From NCBI GenBank assembly GCA_964188305.1, contig OZ076888.1: a stretch of DNA of 64,000 bases; one strand, written 5' to 3'. The first letter of the stretch is position 1, and each line of letters starts with the position of its first letter. This document shows positions 1-13,600 of this stretch, piece by piece. Below the pieces are notes generated by a model that was not told the DNA's origin, did no database searches, and saw only the letters and a list, made by a program, of their open reading frames with translations. The translations under genes were made by a program, and so were the position numbers. This DNA is from Podarcis bocagei. Taxonomy: Eukaryota.

Positions 1-100
1 TGTACTCACTCTGCTGCGTGACTTGCTGCCCTGCCTGCCTGCCCCATCTGTCAAATCTTGCTGCGAGACCCTCCTTCGAGTTATGACCCTCAGCCATGTG
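1..100 (+). CDS. RRP12: RRP12 exon (window exon 1, 5' incomplete)
   Basis: [33 protein letters not shown]; donor GTGAGC at 101. Confidence 0.93.
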
Positions 101-3100
101 GTGAGCTCTCTTCTGTTGGTTAACAGCGGCTCTGTGGCGCTGCCTCTGCTCTGCGGATGCCACACCACCCAGTGGGGAGAGCCAGCATGCTTCAGTAAGA
201 ATGAAAGCATGAATAGTCTTTGTTTGTTACCAATGGGGGCTTGGTATGAATTACCTATGTTTCTAAAGTCCCTCTTCAGGATGGGAAATAATGGCCCTGT
301 CACTTTAAGAGGGACACTTCATTACCATATTTGGCACACTGGCTTTTGTGGGGAGCCAGTGTATCTGGTGCTTTTAAAATAACTTATTTTTACACATCTT
401 CTCTCCACCCCCAGCTAGTGACAGCATGTGCTATGAAAGCTTTCCACAGCCTCTTCGTTGCCCAGCCGCCCCCATCCTGCCTGCCAGCTGAACTCAATGC
501 CCAGATCATCGTGGTGAGTACTGTAAGAGTCAGACTAGATGAGTGGGGGGGGGTGCATAACCAGCCCTGGGGGCTCAAATATTTAGTTATTCGTTTTGGT
601 ACATATATATCCTACTTTTCAAGGCAAAAACCCTTCTCAAAGCAATTCACGAGCTAGTATCAATACAACTTTAAAATAATTCAGATTCAGTAAACAACCA
701 ATAACGCTATCTATTCTGCTTTACCAGGCCCTATATGACTATTTACCCAGGGAAAATGACCTTCAGCCTCTGCTGGCCTGGCTATCTGTCATGGAGCGGG
801 CACATGTCAATCTGGCAAAGTAAGGAGGAGAGTAGTGGGGAAGATGGATGGGTGGTGTTGGGTCTACTCCTCAGCTGGTCCATAACAAAAGGTCTCTCCA
901 TTCTCTAGGCTGCAGTGGGATCTGTGCTGGGCTCACCTTTCCCGCCTCTTCAGTGCGGCAGTGAACTGCTTCCTTTCTCCTCACACACAGGTGGCGGCAG
1001 CTGCTGCTCAAACCCTAAAGGTACTGTCCTACCTTTACTCCCAAGCATACCATGTAGGGCTGTCAAGAATTGTGTGCTGCTGAAATAAAGATTTGTTTGG
1101 CATTTCAGTGAAAGTATGCAACCCCACTCTCCCCAAAAGTCCTCTTTGTGAATACACACCTACAGAGAACTTTTGCATTGCCAGCTTCAGTTCAACCCCG
1201 TGATGTAACAGGATACTCGGACCTACAGCCAGTGCTGCAAGCACTGATTGGCACTCACCGAAAGCCTGCTTTAAGGAGGCATCCACTGTGCTGGTGGGGA
1301 ACTCCTTAGCACAGTCCATCACTGCAGGCTTACTATATAGCCATTCAGCTGACAGTGCGAGTTTCTCTTGGCAAGGAATAACTGGAGCACTTTAATGCTC
1401 CTGATTGTTTGGCATCTATGTCACCATGTGGGTAAGAGGGCATGGTTTGAGGAAAACTGCCTTGTGGGCCCAATTGGGACACATGCTGGACTTTGCCCAC
1501 CCCTGCTGTAAGGAGAGTGGGCTAGTGCTAAAGCTCTATGTGTGTGTGTTTGCCTCTTGTTGTAGGTCTTGCTCAATGAATGCGTGGCCCCCCACATGGC
1601 AGAGCTGGGGCTGGTTTCCTCTGCCACCCCCTCTGGACCGGCTGCTCACGTCTGCAAGATGTTCAGGTAGAAGAAGTGGCCCAGTAGGTTGAGGGAAAGA
1701 GGTCAAAATCCTGGTTTTGAAAGGCTGCGTGTTGAATAACTATTTGCTTTTCTCCTTGCAGAGCAGTGGAAGAGGGCTTGACATACCGGTTCCATGCGGC
1801 ATGGGCCTCCGTGTTGCAGGTTCTGAAGACTTTCTTTGAAGTGTGTGGGCATCAGTGCCATCTCACCATGTGTAAGGTAAAGGAGTTTCTGTGGTGACTG
1901 AGCCCTGTTCCACAAGAGACAAGAAGGGATCTCCATGGCAAAAGAACATTTGGACACTGAGGCCTTGCAAATCTCTGAGATGCATTGTTGCTAAACTTTT
2001 CTAGAGCTCTTAGGATCGTGAGCTGGAGTTTCGTGGATGCATAAATGTGTGTTATACAGTGGATATAAAGAAGTCAGTGATAGGAGTCATTATAAGAGGG
2101 TTGGCTGTTTTATAACACATGCTTACTTGTGTGATGCTCTCTTTTGTTTTCCTTTTTCTGCAGTGCTTACAGTCCTTAGCTGACCTGCGTGGCTCCCCAC
2201 ACTTTCCTCACACTGTGCTGCTCGACCAGACTCTAGGAGCTGCAGTGACCACTATGGGCCCCGAGGTGGTTCTACAGGCTGTACCCCTAGATATTGATGG
2301 CACAGAGTGAGTATAATCTCTGCCTTTCTGGGTTTCTGATGTTTCTATACCTTCCCATAAGACAAGCCCAGCTGGATCAAGCCATCTAGTTCAACATCCT
2401 ATTCTCACAGTGGCCATAGGCAGATTCAAATCAGATTTTGCTACCACCTGAATAGGATAGAAATGTGACTGTCTGAATGGGCATCTGCATCAGGGTTCAT
2501 ATGAAAAGAAAAGTTGGGATCCCATACTCTTCCATTAATTAGGAACACGGTTGCATGTTGCAAACGCTTGTTTAGAAGGGGTTAGCAAAATCGCATTTGA
2601 ATCTGCCTTTGTCATTTAGTTGGATACTCCAAGAACATAAATTTTTGGACAGGATTGTAGGCTGAGCTGGGTGTTTACTACTTGGGGCTTCCACACCTCC
2701 ACTATCTTATGGCATTGTTGTAGCTGAAATTACTCGCAAAGGAACATCGGCGCCAAAATCCAACATACCCAGGTACATTGCTTCCCCAATCCTCTTAATT
2801 TTGTCATTTCTGCTTCCTCCACAAGGGAGACACTGGATTTCCCCCGTAGCTGGCTCCTTCCTGTACTCCGAGACAGTATCCGAGATGCACCCCTTGCCTT
2901 CTTCTCCAGTTACTTCCTGCCACTGGCTGCCACTCTAAAACACAGAGGTAACTGACAATGTAGATGGGCAAGACCATGAGCACGTACCAGCAGACCTGAG
3001 TGTTGGACCTTAAAAGAGCACGACAACAGCTCCATCTCTAGGGTTTAAGATTGCAGTAGAGCTGTGGTACATTCCGCCTGGAGAATCCATCGGAAAGTCT

Positions 3101-4563
3101 ACCATACCAGACATCCCAAAACAAAATCCAGCTTCTAATGAGAAGTTTGGGCATACAGAATGAAAAAAAATACAGATGTTAAAGCTCCACATTTGAAGTC
3201 TCTGTCTTGGGATTTAGTTATAGTCTATTGCTGCATACCAGTACTGTTTGCATTCAGCAAGCAGAAATTCATCCTTTGGGTCTGCACCAATTGTGGTTTT
3301 GGATACGGGTTAGATCTGCACAAATATATGGGTCATCTATTGTATGGAATACATCATGACAGCAGTTGCCTGTTAATTTCATGAGATTTTGTATAATGTG
3401 CAAACTCCAGGTGTCCTACAGGCAGAGTGTATTGATTTCCCCCTTAGATTAGCTTCTTCATATATACTAAGCTACAGTCACAGACCTCTCTCTTACCTTT
3501 ATCCAGCCACAGAGCTTGACGAGGCTAAACGGCACTTAGAAGCCAAGATCTACGATACACTGCAGTGGCAGGTGAGGCAGCACCCCAACAGTTTTGCTTT
3601 GCTTGTTTTCTGCATCTAGGACTGGGACCCTGTGCTTAAAAGGTTTGGAGAGTAACTGTGGTTCATAACAATGCTCCTTTCTCTGTCTTTCAGATCTGGA
3701 CCCTTCTGCCTGGTTTCTGTAGCCAGCCTACCGATGTGGTATCCTCCTTCAAAGGACTGGCACGTACTTTGGGCATGGCCATCAGCGATCGCCCTGATCT
3801 GCGGCTCGTTGTGTGCCAAGCTTTGCGCAGGCTAATTAACAAAGGCTGTCAAACAGGTAAGATCTATCTGTGGAAGTGACCCTTGCTCAGTTTACTCTAG
3901 CCAAGTCACTGTGGCTGGAGCTGATCTGTGCTAGTTCTGCTTCTTGCTGAGAATGCAAGAGTGGAGAAAGAGGGGTAGAGAGCCTGGCAGGAGCCCTGCT
4001 GTTGATTCCAACATTTTGAAGCATGCTTCACCAGCAGCATCGTTCTCTTTCTTTCTTTCTTTCTCTCTCTCTCTCTCTCTCTCTATTCTCTATATTTGTT
4101 TGCTTCTCTTTGCAGAGGCCGAGCGTGCTGAAGTTGGGCGTTTTGCAAAGAACTTCCTGCCCATTCTATTCAATGCCTATAGCCAGGAGGGTGGTGCCAG
4201 CGAAAGCCCTGTACAGCGGCGTTCTGTGTTGGACACTATAAGGGCCTACTTGACTGTGACGGAGCCAGGGGTGAGCAAAACTCTGTGAACAACACCAGAC
4301 TTCTGAGATCACCACCACTTGCTTTATCATTCTACCTTTCCTCTAGAAAGTGGGAAGCCAGCAGGGTTACTAGTTTCCAAATTCTCAAGACTTGATTTTC
4401 AGGGCTTATTTTAAACTTTCTTTAATAGTGTGTTTTAATTGTTGTAACCTGCCCCAGGACCTTGGAATGAAGGGTGATTAACAGATTGTAATAGCAATAT
4501 CAATCACTTCATGTGGGCCAGCTCTATAAGTGAACAGCATTGCTAGGAATAATAATAATAATA

Positions 4564-4629
<66 letters not shown>

Positions 4630-7600
4630 TGTATGCCGCCCATCTGACTGGGGTGCTTCCAACAAATTATAAAACCACAGTAAAACATCAATCCTTAAAA
4701 ACTTCCCTATACTAGGCTGCTTTCAAATGTCTTCTAAAAATCAAATAGTTGTTTATTTCCTTGACATCTGATGAGAGGGTTTTCCACAGGGCTGGCACCA
4801 CTACCAAGAAGGCCCTCTGCCTGGTTCCCTGTAACCTCACTTCTTGCAGGGAGGGAACTGCCAGAAGGCCCTTGAAGCTGGACCTCAGACAAGGGCCATT
4901 CTCCTTATTTTAGTCTCTTAATAGAATTAATATATTTTTGTAGTGATAAAACAGGATGGATTGATGGGCAACAGTCTATACACATAAAAGACATTTTCCT
5001 TTTCTGTTGTAAGTCCCACATGTTAATATAAAAGCAGATGGGTGGATGTGCAGAACACTGACTATCAGCTCAAAATGAAAAGCCCTTTGCTAGAAAGGCT
5101 TCTCATCTGCCACTTTGGAATGTTCGCTCTTCAAGGTCGTATCAGGGAACTGAAAGAGTGCAGTGTTTGCTAGTATGGCTTCCAAAAGCACAAGTCAAAA
5201 TACTGTTTAACCCTGAAGTGTTCACGCAGGAGGCTTTATAGCTGAGTTCTCTTAGGCCTTGTCAGATCCAATATGGGTGCACTTCTGCTTGCTTCAGACC
5301 AACTGGATACAAGTTGGTCACATCTCTAAGGTCTGCCGGTGCTAGGAGACAGAGGGGCAGGTGTCTGTAGCTGGATGGATCTCAAATATGGGGGGCAGGC
5401 CTTTCCCCATCAGGCCTAGAAGAATGGGGCCCTGACTGATGACACCTACAAAAACTGAGGCTGCTCAGTTCAGTGGTTTTTGTTGGGGCAGGGTGCTACT
5501 GTTATGGATACTGATTTTTTTTTTGTATCCTTTTAAAGATTTTATAATAGCATTTATGTGGAAATTGTTCAATTTGTGTACTTTTTGATGTTTTATTTAT
5601 TGTTTATGACTGCGTTTGGTTATGTTTGTAATTATGTGTTTTCCCATGTTGTGAGCTGCCTTGCGCATGGTTTGAACTATGGAAAGGCAGCATACAAATA
5701 AAAGAATGTATGTGTGGTGCAAAAGGGAAGCTCTGGGGATGACACTCTCTTTATCTCTATTGCAGATGGTGCATGCTTTCCTAGAGAAAGCTAGTGAGAA
5801 ACTGACCAGCTCTGATAGTTCAGAGTTCACTAGGTAAGGACACGCCAGAGTTTGGATCCATCTTTTTCCATACAATGGAGAAGAGTGTCCTCAGATGGGT
5901 TGTGCTACCCTCTTTTCTATTGTGTAGGCCTATGTAAATCAGTATTGTTTTCATCTGTCTGTGGAGTAAACCCCTCTCTGTCCCACTCCTGTTAAGCTCC
6001 AGAGCACCTCACTGGAGGCCTGATTTTTTCCTCTGTTCCTCCCAGGTGCTCCCCTCTCCCTGCAAGTCAGTGAAGGCAGAGAGAGTGGGATGCACATGGC
6101 TTTTCCATTCCTGGCCCTAGTAATTGTGGAATCTGGTAGGTTTGCACTAATAAGTAGTTGGCTTTGTACTATTCCCAGGGAGAAGCAGAGTCCTAAAGAT
6201 TAGCTTTTGTGTTCACGCTTGCTAACTATGCCTTCCCTGTTGCAGGCTTTCTGTGTTGGACCTTGTTGTAGCCATGGCCCCTTACGCAGATGAGCCATCT
6301 CTGCATGATCTCTATAGCACCATCCAGTCCTCCTTACAGGTGAGCTACCTTTCAGTTGGCTGTTGGAGTGTATGCTGTGGCACATTGCAAGCTCCAGGCC
6401 TGCTAGCTTTGACCACCATGATCCCTGCTCTTCCTGAGAGTGCCATATTGACACCCTTAAAATCAGTTTAGCTATTACATTTAGGGAGATAGTGTCTTAA
6501 TCTATTCAGAAGGAGGCTGCAGAGTTGTTTGACCTTATCCTTTTTACTTGGCTTCTGCTCCCCAAAGTTGTGTGGAAGCAGTAAGGTGTGTTTGTCTATG
6601 ATGCATTGCTATCCTGGTCAGGCATAATCTGTCTGCTTTGGGCAACCCTATGGTCCTTGTTTCATGTTGAGTGCCTATCCTCTTGCATCTTCTTGGCCAC
6701 AGGGATAACATCCTAGGTGTTTTCCCAGCTGCTTATCCTTGAACATTTTCTGTGTAGCAAAGAGAATGTTCAGATGATCCAACTGATGCTGATTCTGTGC
6801 GAAAGACTCATGTAATTGACCCTCACATTCCATATGCTTGTGACATTTAAAGAGTCTCTCAACCACATGGAAACCTCTGGCAGATATTCAGCTCCTATGC
6901 AACTAAAATATCTAAAAGGGACTAGGTGGTCCTCAAGTCCCTTCCAACATTGTAATTCTATGATTCTATAGATGTGGCCTCTCCCTGGTTTCTGGAATAA
7001 TCTTCCCCCGACTTCCATATTGTGCAGGCTGGGAGCCTCTGTTCTTGTGTGCATGCAGTTTGTTTTTGCTAACTGATTTGTCTGGTATAATCATCCTAGA
7101 ACAAAGACCACAGGATACAGAAGAAGGCTTATCGGGTGCTGGAGGAAATATGTGCCTCTGACAGGCCTGCCTGTCAGAACTTTGTTAGAAGTCATCTGGA
7201 GGAGCTACAGAGTGCCCTGCTAGGCTCTTTGCCCAGTGCCACTTCACCTGCCAAGAGGGTAAGGAAGGTGTCTGGGGAGAAGACACTTACTTCTTTCCCC
7301 CTTGTAGTGGGTAGGGTGCTGAAGCACAGGTGGTGATAGAAATAAGCGATTGCTGTGCCTGCCTGTCTCTAACTCCACACTCCCATTCTTTGTTCCCAGC
7401 CCCGTTTGAAGTGCCTCTTCCATGTTGTCAAGCAGCTTGCAGTGGAGCATGAGGATTTCGTTACTGCCCTGGTGCCAGAGGTGAGCAGAAAAGGCAGTGG
7501 CAGGCAGGGTGCTGAAGGAATGGGGAAAGCATTTGTGTCCGCAGAAGATGGGGAGAAATAGTACTTCTGGGGCTAGAGGTGGGAGCATGCATGGAACTAA

Positions 7601-10600
7601 ATATTCATCTCCAAACAGAGCCAAGTTATGGTACAAGTTCTGCTATATTCTGAATCCACGCATCTTTCTGGCCCATAAATGGAATTTTCTCCTCTCCTAC
7701 CTGCTGCAAACAAACTCAAGCCCTTTGGCAAGTGTAGCTATGCAGCATGGAAATCCTCTCTAATTCCTTGCTTGCCTTGTTTCTTTTGCATTACAAACAT
7801 TCTCATGCTGTGAATAAGCTGTTGTAATTCAGAATTAGGAATTTTGCCTCTCCTACCTTGTGATGAGGGAATAAATATATTCCCCCATCAGTGGAGGAGG
7901 GTACCCTGTAGTGGGTTGCTGCTCCCACTTACTCTGACAGGCAGGGCTTATGCAGTTTTGTCTTAGTCCCTGACAGTTGGAAGTTACTGCCAGTTTCTGA
8001 CCTGCCTGCTCTGCAGTGCTCCATCTTCAGGTTCACCCGATTTGCTCTCTTTTTTAAAAGCAACGAACTAGAAATGTTTTCTCCCTCCTTGAATCTGGAT
8101 TAGATAGCTACTGCCTTTGTGAAATCCTCAGAAGAAGAAGTTCCCTACTGCTGAAAGTGTTTTGTCTGTTGTCACACGTTAAAAAAGATTTTAGGTCAAC
8201 TTGATGACTGTAGTTTTTGTGCTTGGGAAAGTCATAGATTGGCTGGAGCTCTGATTTGGTAATACATTTTAGACCAATGGCTTATATTTCAGTTCTCTCT
8301 GAAAGCTGATGCTGATAATACAGTGATGTTGAAAACTGTGGGGCAGGGGTGGTATGGGGTGATGACAGGTACCTTTGTATTTAGGTCATACTCTGCACCA
8401 AGGAGGTGTCGGTGGGTGCCCGCAAGAACGCTTACAACTTACTTGTAGAGATTGGTCATGCTTTCCTGCGCTTTGGCCCCACACCAAAAGGTGAGTCCTG
8501 GTTTGCCTACATTGGGCTGTTACCAAAAAGAGATGGACTTTTTTGCCCTGAGCAAAAAGTCAAAAGCTGTGTTGGCTCCTATGTACACTCCTTCTATTTT
8601 TTATTACCTTACATTGCTTTCCATCTCTGCTTCATTTATTCCAGTAATTTTAGTCAACTCTCCTCTTATCACTGGTCCATATAACCTTTTCTGAGTTTTT
8701 CCAAATTAGTCAAATTTTGCATTTAATTGCTGAATTGAGACCTGGATGAACTTTGTACGAACTGAAAATCTGTACATATTGATTTTTTTGTGTGTAATTC
8801 TGTTTAGCAGAGGGCAATCTATGCAGGGTACTGAAGTCTAACCCCCTGACTACTAGAAATCCTCCTTAATCTCCTGTTTCAGAGATCTCATCAGACAATG
8901 CCTACACATTTTTCAGATTATCCTTGAATCATAAGTACTAGAATTTTAAATTTGGCATCTGATATTAAATTCCACACTAATTAAAGAAATGCAGGATTCA
9001 CTTAGCCCAGCCTGAGGCTTTGAATATCCCAGTCTTCTACCCTTGCACTGTATAAAGCAGAACATATTTAACATTTCAGACTGGTTCCTGCTTTCAGAAG
9101 AAGGGTTTTCAGTAGCCAGAACATGGGGGCTTTTCTGTCGTTTCTAATTCAGTGTCTTATAACTGTTGCCTGTTCCCTTCCCAATATTGCCTATCTACTA
9201 TTGATATCCGTACTCTTGTCTTTTTGGTCTCTGATATTCCAGCTAATTCTGAGATCTGGATGTTAGCATTGTCTCCATAGTGCCTGGGTTCCTCTTTTGA
9301 AAACCATTCATTCACATTGGGTTTTCTGCATCATTGTAGCCATTTTCTGGGGGAGCCTCTTCAGCCCCAATGCTGTGTGATATAGTTGGTATCTTACTTT
9401 TAGCAGTTTCAGTGAAATAACCCCCAGCATTTATTCCCTCCAGATGGAATGCAGCGTTATCTCCTCCTGGTTTATGCGGGCTTGACCGGTTCAGTCACCA
9501 TGATCAGTTGCACGGTGCTCGCTCTTGCCCGTTTGCTCTTTGAGTTCAAAGGTGAGAGATCCGAATGCCAAAATCTTGCTGGATAATGTTTATAGCCTCA
9601 GTAGTTTAGTACAAAATTCTCCTGCGATTGGCAGGCACCAAAAGTTGGGAGGCACCAAACAGAGTTTGGAGACTGCTATTTGAACTGTGCTTATTGCATG
9701 GATGGACATGCTAACGGATATGTCTAAGGGTAACATGAATGGTTGTATTCACTATCCTGAGCAGAGAGCTGTGTGCCCTTGGGGTTCCAAGCACCACACC
9801 AGTTGTAAGCACTGTGAGGCCTGTGCTGAGTTGCTGCTGAGCAGAAAACTTGCTGAAAGTAATCTGAGCCCTGTGTTGTCTGGCTCTCAGTAGAATCTGA
9901 AGAATTGAAGTATGTCTAAGATTAGCTTTACTCTACTGCAGAACACGTTGGGTCAGATGCCCTGGAGCAGCTCATGCAGCATGTCTGCCTCATGGTAGGC
10001 TCACGGACACGGGATGTCGTCAAGTCAGCTTTGGGCTTCCTCAAGGTCGCACTCTTGCTCCTGGACACGGCACTGTTGAGTCGGCACTTGGAGACCATGG
10101 TGAGAAGAGGGAATACACTAGGGCAGCCTGTAGGAAGGAAGGTTCTGGGAATAAGAGTAGCTTAGTTTGCGTAACTTAAAGGAAGTGACGCAGAAAGGTG
10201 CCTGAATTGTTGGAACCTCTTTCTGCCCGTTGTCTTGTCTAGTTCCTGACTCAAGAGTTAATGGGTATATATTGGAATTAATGATCCACTCTTTTCCCAG
10301 CTTTGGTGAGGTGTTGTGCCACTTCTCGTGCTGTTGGGAAGCAGTAGAAGCCCGGGGAGCGGGGCAGGTTTGCACACATGCATGAGAGAGAGAACCAAGG
10401 GAATTCATTTCATGCAAGGTGTGGTTGGGGGGGCATCAAAATTCTAAAGCTTGTGCTCTGCTTACAGTTAGAAGCCATAGGAGGATTGACAGACGACATG
10501 AGACGCCATTTCCGCATGAAGCTGCGAAACCTCCTCTCCAAAATGATCCGCAAATTTGGGTAAGTTCTGGGGTTAGAGGGAGGACCGGGGAGATCCTGTG

Positions 10601-13600
10601 TTGTGATGCTCAGGAAGGAAAACTTCTAAGATCTATATCACATTGCTCATACACTGCTCACTCCAAAGCACTTGCTTCCTAGATGTGCTTGTCTTGAACT
10701 GTGCCCTTCTTGGATACAGCTTCATGCACACAAAACCTATCTTGAGAGTGATGACCAAGCACTTGATAGTAGTCCAGATGTTGCTGGACTCCAAATGACA
10801 TTAGCTCTAACCATTATGGCCAAAGGTCTGGGATTAGCTGGAATTTTAGTCCCAGCAGTTGGAAGACCACAGGTTAAGCATTGGTCTAATATCTGTCTGA
10901 CTTCTATGACTGGTAGTGGGGGATACGTGAGAGACTGATTTCTGTGACACTGTTCTTCCGTCTTTACTTCCCAGGTTTGAGCCTTTGCAGGCTTTGCTTC
11001 CTGAGTCGTATCGCAAGGTGCTGTTGAATATCCGCAAGGCTGAGGCAAGGAACCGCAAGCGGCAAGCTGTGAAACGGGCAGCAGCCACTTCTGTAGAAGA
11101 AGGAGGACCATCACAGCGTCCCAGGGGGGAGAGGTATTGATGTAGTGCTGGTCTTGTCTTCATGTCATGCCATTGTTGAACCTAAAAGCTACAGTTTTTT
11201 AAGGCTAGAGCAGGAGGGGTGTCTGCCATGACAAGTGCGTTAGAAAATGAAGTGTTCTTTATGTTCCTCTGCACCCTCAGTAAGTACTACTTGTATTGCC
11301 TCCTGCCTTCTTGTTTACAGTATGGAGGAGGTCCTGGCAGACTCGGACTCTGATCTTGAAGATGACATCAAGCAGCACAAAGGAAAAGAAACCAGGAAAG
11401 TGCTACGGCAACAAAGCCAGGCCTGGCTTAAGGAGGGAGAAGGCGATGAGCCCCTCAACTTCTTGGACCCTAATGTGGCCCAAAGGGTTCTGGGTAAGGA
11501 GCAGTTTGACAGTGGCACAATCTGCCTTTTCAGTTTGGGGAAAGTGGGAGATCATTTATGCTGAGATAAAGGGGCTGTCCTATCTCCTTGTAAGTCTTTT
11601 GTGATCTTCTTTTATGCAGCTACGAAACCAGGCATGGGCCAGGCTGCTAAAATCAGCCATGACTTCAAGGTATCAGCTGATGGCCGTCTCATTATATGTG
11701 AAGAGGAGGAGGAGGAAGAAGAAGAAGGGGCTAAAGGTACTGGTGGATGGTCTAATGTATTCAGCTTAAAACTGGCCATCAGTGGTCTACAAGCTATGAC
11801 TGGGCTTGGTATCCAAGCAATAGTTTATGTTAACCAGCTGTGGAGTCCAGTTCCACTATGATAGTATCAATATTGTATACGTTTATTGATCCTGATACTG
11901 TTTGATGGACTTGTTTGAAGTTAGATAACTTGGGCTTTATGTAGGCTGGTGAACATGTGATTTATTTGTTTTACTTTCAACATGTGATTCACTCCAGGGC
12001 TTTTGACACTTTTAGCCCTTTCAAATTAAGACTGTTCACTGTCTTCACATAAAATTATAATGTGCTTAAATATGTATTTACTTCAAACTATTTTTATACT
12101 GCCCTTCCATTAAAACAATTAAATAATTATAATGTAATAATATAATTTACTGGAAACATAAAGCAGTCCAATAAAACATACAATACAATGTAGGTACCAC
12201 CAGAGAGAAAGCACTCTTCCATGTAATCACAAATGGAGTTAGTGCCATAGGATGCAACGCAAATCAGCAGCGCCTCCTCCAAATATCTTAGGGAACATCT
12301 AAAATATGTTGCTCAGGGCTTACCAGCTGTTAAATGTTAACCCAACTTACATTGTTTCCTGGTAATAAAAAACAGCAACCAAAATGTGTGTGGATTACAA
12401 AAATGAAGCACTAGCAGTTTTTCAAAGAGTGTTCTGGTGTGCTTGTGGCATGATTGCAGTCCTGTCCATACTCTTCTGGGAGTAAGCTCCTTTGAACACT
12501 TTGGTGTTTGCTTCTGATTAAAGTTTTATCATTTCAATGTGTAAAAACATTTTGAACAGCTGCAATGCATACTTTTAACTATAAATGCAAATGATTTTAC
12601 GATGATGTTTTATGTATTGTTCTCACGCTGATTTTTGTTCTCTGTTACAGGAGTGGATGAAGAGATGGCAGATCTTATGCAGGAAGTCGGGATCCGAAGT
12701 GTAAGTACTGAGACATGGGCAGGAGGGGGGAAATAGGAATTTCAAGCATTTTCTTTAAAGGCCCACACAGTTGCCAAGGTGAATTGCTTGCTGAAATCAA
12801 AGGGGAACTGAGCTTGACTGTCAAATACAGTTCTTGTTACCAAGCAGATAATGCAGGAAAGGGAGAAGGCCTTGGAACCTAGTGAGAAGCCTAATTCATG
12901 TAGCAAGTGCTGATGCTTGGAAACTCTGTTGCAGAAAAAGGCTCAAAAGCGCAGATTCCGGGAAGAAGCAGATGATGAGGAACTGGGCACTGATGCAAAA
13001 CCACAGTATAAGGGTAAGTGCTTTTTTTCTGGGCTGGTGGTGTGGAGTTAGCTGCCTTATCACATTGGATACATATCCCTTTAATAGGGAAGGGAAAGAG
13101 AATGAGATGCTGCTTAAGGTTATTTATATACCACCATCTCAGAAAATTTCAGGATGGTATACAATGAAATGTTTACATAAAACACCATTAAAAAGAGTAC
13201 AAAATAATCATTTCAAGCAGCTGTATAGGCCTGCTGGCATATGAGAGATGCCTGAAAGTCAAAAGCAAGGATACCTGCCAAATCTCTGCTGGAAGAGTGT
13301 TCCACACCATGGCCAACTTCTACTCAAGTCCAGTTGAACCTCTGAAACAGGGGATAATGTGTTGTGCTTATGCTACAAAACCACTCAGTGCTATGTCTTG
13401 CTCCCAGTTAAACCTTAAAACAGATAGCCCATCCCCAGTGTGCTTTCTCGTGCTGCTGAAGCACAATGTGGTCGGGGAAGTGTTTCAAACAGGCTGGCTG
13501 CACTTCAAGCATTGTTGGCTACAAGAAGCCTACAATCCAGTGGCGGACTGGGCAGAAACCTTTTTGTACAGCTGAGAGAAGCCTAGAAACTATTCCATTA

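Noticed and set aside
4530-4715. Poly-Asn/poly-Tyr ORF
   Set aside because: Translation of an (AAT)/(TAT) microsatellite
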